This document shows, piece by piece, positions 14,790-27,350 of a stretch of DNA of 64,000 bases (within the stretch, counting starts at the first letter, position 1; every line of letters starts with the position of its first letter). This stretch comes from Octopus sinensis (lineage: Eukaryota). The stretch lies in assembly GCF_006345805.1 (NCBI RefSeq), contig NC_043017.1, positions 22,878,001 to 22,942,000 on the forward strand. The letters run 5' to 3'. A program made the position numbers and the translations under genes. The notes under the pieces were generated by a model. It worked only from the letters and a program-made list of their open reading frames with translations. It was not told where the DNA came from and did not search any database.

Positions 14790-15590
14790 TGTATGTACAA
14801 GATGGAAGCACTCTGTCGGTTACGACGATGAGGGTTCCGGTTGATCCGATCAACGGAACAGCCTGCTCGTGAAATTAACGTGTAAGTGGCTGAGCACTCC
14901 ACAGACACGTGCACCCTTAACATAGTTCTCAGTGATATTCAGCGTGACACAGAGTGACAAGGCCGGCCCCTTGAAATACAGGTACAACAGAAACAGGAAG
15001 TAAGAGTGGAGTGAGAGGAAGTTGAGGCGAAAGAGTACAACAGGGGTCGCCACCACCCCCTGCCGGAGCCTCGTGGAGCTTTAGGTGTTTTCGCTCAATA
15101 AACACATACAACGCCCGGTCTGGGAATCGAAACCGCGATCCTCCAACCGCGAGTCCGCTGCCCTAAACACTGGGCCATTGCACCTCCACATATGTACAAG
15201 ATACATGGTATAGATATGTGATGCATGTAGAGGATGATAGGTGGGTAGCATAATGACAGGAGAAGCCTGTTGTGTATGTGTGTGTGTGTATATAAATATA
15301 TATCACCGTGACCGACCAGGCTATCAGATGTTGCTACACATCGCTGGTCACAATGTGCTTTGCACTGTTTTAGCCTTCAAATGACGCCACCCCGCTGGCT
15401 AAGCAAGCAGGCCAACAGAAGAAAGAGTGAGAGAAAGTTGTGGGGAAAGAGTACAGCAGGGATCGCCCCCCCCCCTGCCGGAGCGCTGTGGAGCTTTTAG
15501 GTGTTTTCGCTCAATAAACACTCACAACACCCGGTCTGGGAATCGAAACCGCGAGTCCGCTGCCCTAACCACTGGGCCATTGCGCCTCCA
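14790..15590 (-). mobile_element. Two adjacent SINE family C copies with different 3' bodies
   Basis: Both end in the reverse complement of the family C head. Confidence 0.8.
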
Positions 15591-15595
15591 CATAT

Positions 15596-15646
<51 letters not shown>

Positions 15647-15862
15647 GTGTGTCTTGTGTCTGTGTTTGTCCCCCACCACTGCTTGACAACTGATGTTGGT
15701 GTGTTTACCTCTTCATAACTTAGTGGTTTGGCAAAAAGAGACCAATAGAATAAATACTAGGATTCAAAAAAATAAGTCCTAGGGTTGATTTGTTTGATTA
15801 AAAACTGTTCAGGGCAGTGCCCCCAGCATGGCCACAGTTAAATGACCGAAACAAGTAAAAAG

Positions 15863-15903
<41 letters not shown>

Positions 15904-16435
15904 TATATATGAGTGTGTGTGTGGTAAGGACCTTGCTTCTTAACCACATGGTTCTGGGTTCAGTTCCACAGCATGGCACCTTAGATAAATGTCTTCTACT
16001 ATAGCATCGGGCTGGCCAAATTCCTTATGAGTGGACTTGATTGATAGAAACTGAAAGAAGCCCCTCATTATATACATATATATATGTATGCATGTGTGTC
16101 ATGGGTCTGTGTTAGTCCCTCTCCATCACTTGTTTACATCCTCTTAACCTAGCAATTCACCAAAAGGGACTAACAGAATAAGAACAGGGCTTAAATAAAG
16201 TACTGATATCGATTCATTTGATGAAAAGTTCTGTGAGGCGGTGCCCCAGCATGGCCACAGTCTAAGACTGAAGCAAATAAATGATAAAAGATATGTATAT
16301 ATAAGAGCTAACACATGAAACTCATGACCTTTGAGTCACTGTTACTTCTACCAAATACTAATAAAAATATATGTATATATAGATATATATATATATGTAT
16401 ATGTAAATACAGATGTACAAACATACGTTTATACC

Positions 16436-16812
16436 TCTTTTACTTGTTTCAGTCATTTGACTGCGGCCATGCTGGAGCACCGCCTTTAATCGAGCAATTC
16501 GACCCTGGGATTTATTCTTTTGTAAGCCCAGTACTTATTCTATCGGTCTCTTTTGCCAAACCGCTAGGTAACGGGGACATAAACACACCAGCATTGGTTG
16601 TCAAGCAATGCTAGGGGGACAAACACACACACGCATATATATATACATATATACGACGGGCTTCTTTCAGTTTCCGTCTACCAAATCCACTCACAAGGCT
16701 TTGGTCGGCCCGAGGCTATAGTAGAAGACACTTTCCCAAGGTGCCACGCAGTGGGACTGAACCCGGAACCATGTGGTTGGTAAACAAGCTACTTACCACA
16801 CAACCCCTCCTG
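16436..16812 (-). mobile_element. SINE family A copy
   Basis: Near-identical to 438-803. Confidence 0.9.
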
Positions 16813-17349
16813 TATACATTATATATATATTCAGTGAGGTTTTTTATGCATTAAATCCATTTATGCGTTAAAATCACAAGTAAAAAAAAAATATAAATGC
16901 ATAAAAGAAATAATTTTGTCTCTAGCATATTTTTCATATATTAACACAATATATACAACAGGGCATTATAAAAGCCAGTTTTGATTTTATATTTCATCTT
17001 TTCTGCTTTTCAATGCCATCAATTGTTGGTCGTAATTCAATTAAAAAAAAAATTCATTGGCCCACCCACCACTTGATCCATTATATTTCATCTATGCCCC
17101 ATGGACATTGTGTAGCCAAAAATATTCATCTCATAATGCTCAAGACTTACTCATACTTAATCGGTAATTCTAGCTGTTTTCACAAGAATACCAATGTCTG
17201 CTGCTGTCATAATTTGCTGTTGGCAACATTGGATGAAATGCTTGCCTAAGCACAGGCATGGCTGTGTGGTTTGCAAGCATGTGGTTTTGGGTTCATTCTC
17301 TGTATGTAGTGTCTTGGACAAGTGTTGATCATAGCTTTGTGAGGGAAGA

Positions 17350-17382
<33 letters not shown>

Positions 17383-17534
17383 GAGTGAGACAGACAGAGA
17401 AAGAATGAGACAGACAGAAAGAGAGAGACAGTAAGAGATAGAGAGAGAGAGAGAGAGATAAAGACAGCGAGTGAGAGCTGTCTTGTTACAGAGGAGATAC
17501 TTGGCTACCCCAGTAGGACAAGGAAGGAGAGAGG

Positions 17535-19016
17535 GAGAGAGTTAAAGAGAAAGATAGAGTGAGAGAGAGAGTTAAAGAGAAAGATATAGGGAGAGAGTTA
17601 AAGAGAAAGATATAGTGAGAGAGTTAAAGAGAAAGATAGAATGAGAGAGAGAGAGAGAGAGTTAAAGAGAAAGATATAGTGAGAGAGTTAAAGAGAAAGA
17701 TATAGGGAGAGAGTTAAAGAGAAAGATAGAGTGAGAGAGAGAGTTAAAGAGAAAGATATAGGGAGAGAGTTAAAGAGAAAGATATAGTGAGAGAGTTAAA
17801 GAGAAAGATATAGGGAGAGAGTTAAAGAGAAAGATAGAATGAGAGAGAGAGAGAGAGTTAAAGAGAAAGATATAGTGAGATAGGGAGAGAGTTAAAGAGA
17901 AAGATATAGTGAGAGAGTTAAAGAGAAAGATATAGGGAGAGAGTTAAAGAGAAAGATAGAATGAGAGAGAGAGAGAGAGTTAAAGAGAAAGATATAGTGA
18001 GATAGGGAGAGAGTTAAAGAGAAAGATATAGTGAGAGAGTTAAAGAGAAAGATATAGAGAGAGAGTTAAAGAGAAAGATATAGGGAGAGAGTTAAAGAGA
18101 AAGATTAGAATGAGAGAGAGAGAGAGAGTTAAAGAGAAGATATAGTGAGATAGGGAGAGAGTTAAAGAGAAAGATTATAGTGAGAGAGTTAAAGAGAAAG
18201 ATATAGGAGAGAGTTAAAGAGAAAGATAGAGTGAGAGAGAGAGTTAAAGAGAAGATATAGGGAGAGAGTTAAAGAGAAGATATAGGGAGAGAGTTAAAGA
18301 AAAGATATAGTGAGAGAGTAAAGAGAAAGATATAGAGAGAGAGTTAAAGAGAAGATATAGGGAGAGAGTTAAAGAGAAAGATATAGTGAGATAGGGAGAG
18401 AGTTAAGAGAAATATATAGGGAGAGAGTTAAAGAGAAAGATAGAGTGAGAGAGAGAGTTAAAGAGAAAGATATAGGGAGAGAGTTAAAGAGAAAGATATA
18501 GTGAGAGAGTTAAAGAGAAAGATATAGGGAGAGAGTTAAAGAGAAAGATAGAATGAGAGAGAGAGAGAGAGTTAAAGAGAAAGATATAGTGAGATAGGGA
18601 GAGAGTTAAAGAGAAAGATATAGTGAGAGAGTTAAAGAGAAAGATATAGGAGAGAGTTAAAGAGAAAGATATAGAGAGAGAGTTAAAGAGAAAGATATAG
18701 AGAGAGAGTTAAAGAGAAAGATATAGTGAGATAGGGAGAGAGTTAAAGAGAAAGATATAGTGAGAGAGTTAAAGAGAAAGATATAGAGAGAGAGTTAAAG
18801 AGAAAGATATAGTGAGAGAGTTAAAGAGAAAGATATAGGGAGAGAGTTAAAGAGAAAGATATAGGGAGAGAGTTAAAGAGAAAGATAGAATGAGAGAGAG
18901 AGAGAGAGAGAGTTAAAGAGAAAGATATAGTGAGATAGGGAGAGAGTTAAAGAGAAAGATATAGTGAGATAGGGAGAGAGTTAAAGAGAAAGATATAGTG
19001 TGAGAGAGAGAGAGGT
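17535..19016. repeat. Purine-rich minisatellite, core GTTAAAGAGAAAGATA, units ~26-34 bp
   Basis: About 1.5 kb and roughly 50 units. The + strand is almost devoid of C. Units vary in the (GA)n part. Confidence 0.95.
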
Positions 19017-19250
19017 CCTACCCACAGGTGGGGAGAATAAGTAGCACAGATGGGATAGAGAAGATGTTCCATAAGAGTATGAGGAGAGATGCTTAGAGAC
19101 AGTAAGTGATGGTGAGAGGAATTGGAGGAACCCGCAGTGGGTGCTAGGGGTCGGGGTAGAGATTTGCCAGAATTATGTGTGAGAGGAAGTGGGGATTGGC
19201 TATGAAGGATATACCTGTATGGGTTCTATGGTGTAATGGTTACCTGTAAG

Positions 19251-19322
19251 GATTCTATGGTGTAATGGTTAGCACTCTGGACTCTGAATCCAGCGATCCG
19301 AGTTCAAGTCTCGGTAGAACCT
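19251..19322 (+). tRNA. tRNA-Gln(CTG), possibly impaired (A2:C71 acceptor-stem mismatch)
   Basis: Full 72-nt cloverleaf: anticodon arm CTGGA-CTCTGAA-TCCAG, A box TGGTGTAATGG, B box GTTCAAGTC; TTTT terminator at 19329-19332. Confidence 0.88.
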
Positions 19323-19332
19323 GATACATTTT

Positions 19333-19563
19333 AAGGCGGCGAGCTGGCAGAATCGTTAGCACGCCAGGCGAAATGCGTAGCCGTATTTCGTCTGCCGTTA
19401 CGTTCTGAGTTCAAATTCCGCCAAGGTCAACTTTGCCTTTCATCCTCTCGGGGTCGATAAATAAAGTACCAGTTTCGCACTGGGTCGATGTAATCGACTT
19501 AATCCCTTTGTCTGCCCTTGTTTGTCCCCTCTATGTTTAGCCCCTTGAGGGCAGTAAAGAAAT
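19333..19563 (+). mobile_element. SINE family B (head AAGGCGGCGAGCTGGCAGAA, tail GTAAAGAAAT), fused behind tRNA-Gln
   Basis: Other copies at ~5679-5898(-), 14406-14630(+), 20954-21180(-), 33672-34130(+), 36663-36887(-), 40729-40948(+), 62295-62662(-). Confidence 0.9.
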
Positions 19564-19812
19564 ATATACCTGTATGTATGGATGGTCATGGGAGGAACAG
19601 AGTGTATTGAGACAGATTATCTACAGCTGGATGCCCCGCCGTATCATCAACCCTCACCTATTTCTAAGCAAGGTAACATTTCCTCATGTTCAGATATGTT
19701 TACAGTCTATTGGAAATGAATGCGGTGCTCCAGCATGGCCACAGTCATATGACTGAAACAAGTAAAAGAGTATTGTAATAAATTTTTGCACAATAAAAAT
19801 TTACCAAGTATA

Positions 19813-20195
19813 GTGTGGTAAGTAGCTTGCTTACAAACCACATGGTTCCGGGTTCAGTCCCACTGCGTGGCACCTTGGGCAAGTGTCTTCTACTATAGCC
19901 TCTGGCTGACCAAAGCCTTGTGAGTGGATTTGGTAGACGGAAACTGAAAAGAAGCCCGTCGTATATATGTATATATATATATGTATGTGTGTGTTTGTGT
20001 GTCTGTGTTTGTCCCGCTAGTATTGCTTGACAACCGATGCTGGTGTGTTAATGTCCCCGTCACTTAGCGGTTCGGCAAAAGAGACCGATAGAATAAGTAC
20101 TAGGCTTACAAAGAATAAGTCCCGGGGTCGAGTTGCTCGATTAAAGGTGGTGCTCCAGCATGGCCGCAGTCAAATGACTGAAACAAGTAAAAGAG
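19813..20195 (+). mobile_element. SINE family A copy
   Basis: Reverse complement of the 438-803 type. Confidence 0.9.
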
Positions 20196-21451
20196 TACTA
20201 TAAAAATTACCAAATAAAAAGGGTGTTACTTCTGCCACACCCTTTATATGGTATTGACCAGACTCAGATGTTACACAATTCCAATTACAATGTGCTTCCT
20301 TGCAGTGTTGTGCCTTTCAAATGATGCCACCCCACAGGATAGGTGAGCCTGTGGCATATAAGTGAGTGAGGTTACATCCCCACTAAACAGGTAACTCATA
20401 GCTAAATGGACTGAAGCCACAGGAAATGATGTGTTTTGCTCAAGAACACAATGCACTGCCCAGTTCAGGAATTGAAACCACAAATACACAAGTGCAACAC
20501 CCTAAACACAAGGCCACACACACTTCCACATATATATGATAAATGATGATATATATGATAAATGATGATGATTTGTGTATCTCTCTCTATATGTGTATTT
20601 AATGAGGTAGTTTTTGTGAAGCATTGTGAGGTATAACAATTCCTTACACAACCTTCTTTAGCATATATGAAATTGTATATATATATATATATATAATTTT
20701 TACTTGTTTCAGTCATTTGACTGCAGCCATGCTGGAGCACTGCCTTTAGTCGAACACACATACATATATATATATATATATGATGGGCTTCTTTCAGTTT
20801 CCGTTTACCAAATCCACTCACAAGGCTTTGGTCGACCCAAGGCTATAGTAGAAGACACTTGCCCAAGGTGCCACGCAGTGGGACTGAACCCAGAACCATG
20901 TGGTTGGTAAGCAAGCTACTTACCACACAGCCACTCCTGTGCCTATATATATATTTCTTTACTGCCCACAAGGGGCTAAACACAGAGGGGACAAACAAGG
21001 ACAGACGAAGGGATTGAGTCGATTATATCGACCCCAGTGCAAAACTGGTACTTTATTTATCAACCCCGAAAGGATGAAAGGCAAAGTTGACCTCGACGGA
21101 ATTTGAACTCAGAACGTAACGACAGACAAAATACCGCTAAGCATTTCGGCCGATGCGCTAACGATTCTGCCAGCTCGCCTATATATATATATATATTTGT
21201 ATGTATGTATACATACATACATACATACACACACTTAAAAGGTTGCTGGTCAGGGAGTGACCTTTGGTTTCACACAGATAAAGTTCTTGATGTAGGAGAC
21301 TTGTCATACATGTTGATCAGAGGCACATAACCTCTCTATAACTGCAAATTCAATGGTCACTCTCTGACCAGCTATAACCAGCAACCTTTCAAGTATTACT
21401 GCTCTAAAGTTTTAGAGAGTACTACTTTACAGATTTATCAACTATTGACTG

Positions 21452-22128
21452 ATCATCATCATCGTTTAGCGTCCGCTTTCCATGCTAGCATGGGTTGGAC
21501 GGTTCAACTGGGTTCTGGGAAGCCAGTAGGCTGCGCCAGGCCCAGTCTGATCTGGCAATGTTTCTACGGCTGGATGCCCTTCCTAACGCCAACCACTCCG
21601 TGAGTGTAGTGGGTGCTTTTTACGTGCCAGACGAGTCTGGCAAACGGCCACGATCGGATGGTACTTTTTATGTGCCACCGGCACAGGGGCCAAGCGAGGC
21701 TGGCAAGGCCACGAACGGATGGTGCTTTTCACGTGCCACCGGCACGGGGGCCAGGCGATGCTGGCAACGGCCACAAACGGATGGTGCCTTTTACGTACCA
21801 CCGGCACGAGGCCAGTTGGGGCGGCGCTGGCAATGGCCACGAACGGATGGTGCTTTTTACGTGCCACCGGCACGAGGCCAGTCGGGGCGACGCTGGCAAG
21901 GGCCACGTTCGGATGGTTCTCTTACGTGCCACCGGCACTGGTAACTCAGCTGCAATTTCCATTGATCGATTTCGATTCTGATTTCTATATATATAAATAT
22001 GCTGGTTGGCATTAGGAAGGGCATCCAGCCGTAGAAACATTGCCAGGTGCAGCCTTCTGGCTTCCCAGACCCCAGTTGAACCGTCCAACCCATGCTAGCA
22101 TGGAAAGTGGACGCTAAATGATGATGAT
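21452..22128. mobile_element. Head-to-head pair of (ATG)n-tailed repeat family D with an internal 61-66-bp VNTR
   Basis: Arms 21452-21598 and 22004-22128 are reverse complements, with five internal units. Relatives at 7681-7890, 10862-11205, 38380-38585. Confidence 0.8.
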
Positions 22129-23639
22129 AATACTTAATAATAATTAAACATTAATTTTATATATATACACACACACATACATGCATACACAGAGTTAGAG
22201 AGGGAGACTTGCATGTGTATGTATATATTTTGTCATATTTTGATTGTGATATTGCCGACTCCTTCAATTCTGTTCCATTTTATATCATGTTGCCCTATGT
22301 GACTGTTGAGGCATTTTAGTAATGATATGGCTGGAGTGAGACAAATTAAGATGTACTATATTTGTATATATCTAAGTTTTATATATACACACACACATAC
22401 ATGTACACTTTTTTTGTCTGACTAAATTTGTGTTCTATGTCTCATGTACATACATACACATACTATATATATATATATATAATGTATGTATATATATATA
22501 TATGTATGTATATATATGTGTATATATATATGCATGTATATATATATATATATGCATGTATGTATGTATATGTATGTATGTATATATATGTATGTATGTA
22601 TATATATATATGTATGTATATATATATATGTATGTATGTGTATGTATGTATATATATATATGTATGTATATGTATGTATATATATATATGTATGTATATA
22701 TATATGTATATATATGTATGTATGTATATATATGTATGTATGAATGTATATGCATACTGGAGAGAGAGGAGAAAGAAAGGGTGAAATACTAGTGGTGGAC
22801 TGTGAGAACTAAAATCTGTTCACTAAATTTCTTGAAATGGAGGTATTTTTTCAGCAGAAATCTATTGGCATTTAAATAATGTTTAACTTAGAAACACGCG
22901 CGCACAGGCACACACACAGACACATATATGAAATTTTGAACGTGCAGTATCTTATTTCGAAATCAATGCGTTCGTTTGTCTATGTACATAATAGAATAAG
23001 TTGGTTAACACAGGTTAGATGCAGTATTTTCTCTACATTCTGACATTGTGAAAATATACTTTCTAACTACATCAAAAGGAGGGCCTGCAAAAGAAATTAA
23101 TGTTATTTTGAGGAACGTTGTCGAAGCGATTCCAAAGATGCAGTCTTCGGCGATGTGACTGTTGCTGATAAGAACAAATCTTAAATTTGAACTTATGCTA
23201 GTTTTAGGTATTCACTGAAAGAAAGAAAAACTTATGTGAAAATTAAAACAATTTATACGAAGAAAATCAATCGAAATAGTACTTGTACTTATATTTAACA
23301 AACTAATTGCAAACTGCAGAAAACGTCTTTGAAATATATATTTAATATATAAACACTTTTTTTTTTAGTTAAGAAACAAATATTTATTTATCTGTTTATT
23401 TCTTCGTAATTAAAATGATAGGAAAGTGGAGAAAAAACTCATTGAAACTCTGTAAAACATCGGTGTAATGAAATCACATTGTTAATAGATACATCACGTA
23501 TTTGTCTTCCAAGTGATTATTAATGGCATTAAATAGCATCGATTTGTCGAAGCAACTGTAAAAACGCTTTGTAACATGAACTGATGACATATGAAGTCGT
23601 AAAGATGTAGTAATATGATGTGATGGATTTAAAAATGGT

Positions 23640-24140
23640 AAAATTTGGCGGGGAATCAAGGCGGTAGCCATCCAATTATCGCGGGAAATACGAGTTTGGA
23701 GATACAACAAACGTGACCGGGACTCGTGATCTACTTTTGAAACATATCTACTGTTGTTTTCTTTCCCTTCCCTCCCTTTAAAAAACGTGGAACCGACAAA
23801 AAAATACGTGTGTGTGTATGTGTGTGTGTAGATATATATATATATATATATATAATGTAAAGAGAGAGAGGCAGAGAGAATCTTCATTTGTTTCTGCATG
23901 TTAAGAAATGTAGTCGGCGTGTAGTGGCATGTCAGAATAGAGAGAGAGAGGATGACAGAAAGTTACTACTGAGACTATGTATAGGTATGCTGCAATGACG
24001 ACACGCGGGCACAGCTGTATTGTTATTGGTCACAGCACTGTCAATCAAAGTCGGCGCCGAGCTCGCTGATTGGTCAATTGTTTAAGTAGCCGAGAAGAGA
24101 GGGCTGACCCAGCCTCGTACAAACGCTGCGCGCCAATTTT
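23640..24140 (+). promoter_or_regulatory. Putative E2F7/8 promoter with E2F sites and CCAAT boxes
   Basis: CpG-enriched island. E2F consensus at 23644 (TTTGGCGG), 23681 (GCGGGAAA) and 24129 (CGCGCCAA). Inverted CCAAT boxes at 24025 and 24069 (CTGATTGGTC). Confidence 0.7.
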
Positions 24141-24443
24141 AATTAGAGTTTATTTCTGTCCTGTGTGGCTTTTACGACACAACTTTTGCAAAACCCACCA
24201 AAACTTTTTTTTGCAGACCTGGTTTTTTTTAGTCATCTGTGCTTTCTTCTTCTTTAGGGTTTTGTCTTTTTAACGTTCATACATACATACATACATTTCT
24301 CTTCTTTATAATCCAAACGGGGGTCTATTTTTTTCTCTTGTTCGATGTCACTTCAATCCTTCATACCGTGTGGAAATTGCTGTGTTTGTGGGTAGATCGT
24401 AGATGTAAATTCTGTTGGCAGCGGTTCAATCTTAACCGAGACG
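24140..24443 (+). other. Probable non-coding first exon (5' UTR) of E2F7/8
   Basis: Follows the promoter motifs and ends at a strong donor CG|gtaaga (24443/24444). The start is a guess. Confidence 0.45.
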
Positions 24444-25699
24444 GTAAGATTTATCTTTATTATTCTCTTTTCATTCCTCTCCAATATCATTATCGTGACC
24501 GATCGCAATTAACCAGACACTATCATTATATAATTACGAGAATACGAAGGTGTACATAATGGTCCTTTAAAAGTCATCAACCCGGTTTCGATTCCATTAC
24601 AGTTAGGTGTTAATGTCCTTTGAAGGCGAGAGATGTATGTCATTTATTATTTCCCTTTTCTCTATAAATATCAGTCTTAGTCGATGAGATCAACATGTGT
24701 AACTTATTTGAAATGAGATTATGAGTCCTTCACGGTTAATTTTTGTGGACGGACTAAACCTCACCCCCCTTTTTTTATTTTTTAGTTGGCTGTGTCCTAA
24801 AATTTCTTGACTTGGTGTAATTTAAGTAATCTAAACAATGGTAAATTTGTAAAATAAGCTTTAGATTACAACCGATTAATAATGGTTGAGGTTATATAGC
24901 TAGATTAATGCTAACTTGAAATTGTAACTGACAAATGTAAATCACTAGTAAAGCTTTGAATAGTATAAACTATGATTTGTGGTGGTCTTTAATATAAAAC
25001 ACCCATATATTATTTATATTCAGAAACGGGAATCATCAAGGTTGATCTATTTTATTTATGATAGCATTTATAACTGTTTACAGCGATTGTAATTTGAAAT
25101 TATTATACATTGCTCTTTAAATATCAAGCCTGATATAAACACATTTAAATTGATGATTGTTGAATCCCGTATTTTGATGTTTTATATATGTATGTATATG
25201 ACAAGTGATATTGTTTTGAATGTGTGTGTATGTATATATATATATATATATATACTATATATCCCACTAGAATGGGAGAAAGCGCTAATGATCTGAATGA
25301 TATGATATATATATATGTAAAAAAATGTAATATATAAATAAATATCTGTAAATTTGAACCATCCGGTCTTCTGATTACCTCATTTCTTCTAATATATATA
25401 TATATATATTTATTTTATAGAAGGAGCTCCTTCTATAAAATAAATAAATTAATTTACTCTGCTATGTATTGAGTACCTTATTTACTGTGGTTAACCCCGA
25501 CTCAACCCGGGACCTACATATATATATCATTGCATTGGCACATCGAATTATTTTATAGTTGCCAGACTATATAAAATAGTCTGGTATAAATGTAAATATT
25601 GGTATATTTCTGATATAAAAACAAATGTCTTGGTCGTCAGGCCCATAACCAGGTATTTTGCTCCTGGTTTTTTCTATTCCCGATGTCGAGTAGTTAAGG

Positions 25700-27350
25700 G
25701 CTCGGCGCGCTTGTTGTCAGCTTTGGCGCTTTCAAACTTGTTGATCCTACCTGACTACAATCAGGGGGAGAGAGAGAGAACTGGATGAGAAACTCGGCCG
25801 GCCTAAGTTCACCCCTTCACTTAAAAACACTTGATTATTATATATATATATATATATATATTTAATAATTACTTAGGTATATTATTGTCCTTTTGAATTA
25901 TAATTAAATTTTAATTTTTAAATGTTCTAGTCTAGTAATTCTGAAGTGGAGAGGGAGGTTCTTTGCTATGTTTCAGCCACCCCGGGCTTATTTATGTCGA
26001 TACCCAACCGCCGCCGCCCATCATCATACGTTACAGTTTGGGTTTCTTATTTTTTTCCCTCCACGTTACCTAATTAAACTTTCTCGGACCTGCATAATAA
26101 TTGCTGACTATTATTATTATGAACCTGTGCTGTCTTTTTTTTTTTTTTTTTTCTCATTTTACTTCAGAAAAGCTTGAAAATCTCTCAATATTTGTTTAAA
26201 CATTTTAAATTTGATTTCATGTAAGAAATTTAAAGAAATCGTTAATGATGATGATGATTTAATTAAGATATTTGAAAATGCAATTAACATAGTTTTTGTT
26301 ATAATTTTGTTGCATAAGTATATGTGATTATGGTTGCTTTTGTAGTTTTTTTTCTTTTTTTCTTTATATATATAACTTTGCCTTTGCATACTTTAAATAG
26401 CATTTGCATACATTCCATATGCAGCTTTGATGCAGTTGTATTGAATTCAAAACTTTTAGTCTATTTTTCTTCAAAACTTTTCCCTCGAAATTTAAAAAAA
26501 TTTAGCCCTGGTTATTGCTTCTGGACATTTCTTTCGAAAACTTCACCAAAATTTTCCATTCATCACTACTGGAGTTCTATACTTTTCTGATATATAAAAT
26601 ATTAATCTAATTTTACTTTTAGATATTATATATATATATATATCTAAAGCAATTAGTGGCGTTATGTCACCCCATTATCCGCCGGCATTGGCGACCGACC
26701 GACCGAATCCTGTCTGTGGGGCGAGGGGAGCGATCACCGGGTCTACACAGCTGACTAAAACTTTTATCACAAATTTCGCCCCGCCAAATTTTCAGATGAT
26801 GGTCGGTCAAGCGTAATTATAAATCTATGTCCTCGAAGAATTCTCTTAAATACGAATTCTTAACACTGTTTACTTTTACCCATGTAGAGATTATGGATCA
26901 CTTTCCGCCAAATCCACCATTCCTCGTAGTTGTTGGCGCCCATTATTTTGAACGGTGGAGGGAAGGTCAATGCTATTGTGTTGAGGGATCACAATCCATT
27001 CTTTGCGTATTGCACATTTCATGGGACTGCAATAAAATAATTTTGGGTGTTTTTCAATGATTTTTTTTTCTTCTTAATTTCTAAAATAGATGTAACGTAT
27101 TAATTTCCATTGAAATTATTACTAATTCTTGCAATTTCTTATCAAATGGCGTCTTCGATTTATTTTTTTTCTCTTCTCCTGCTGAATGCATCAAAGAAAT
27201 ATTTTCATTTCCTCCACATCAGCATAATTTTTTTGGCAAGCAATTAATTGTACTGACTGTTAATTAACCATTTGATTGTTTGCAAATTAATTGAATTGAC
27301 GGCGGCTGCTGCAGGATTTAGTGAAACCATTTCTGTAGAGTTTGGCGGTT
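25700..27350. promoter_or_regulatory. Intron-1 cluster of E2F-consensus sites
   Basis: TTTGGCGC 25722, CCGCCAAA 26781 and 26905, TTGGCGCC 26933, TTTGGCGG 27341, around a CpG-rich patch at 26650-26800. Confidence 0.55.
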
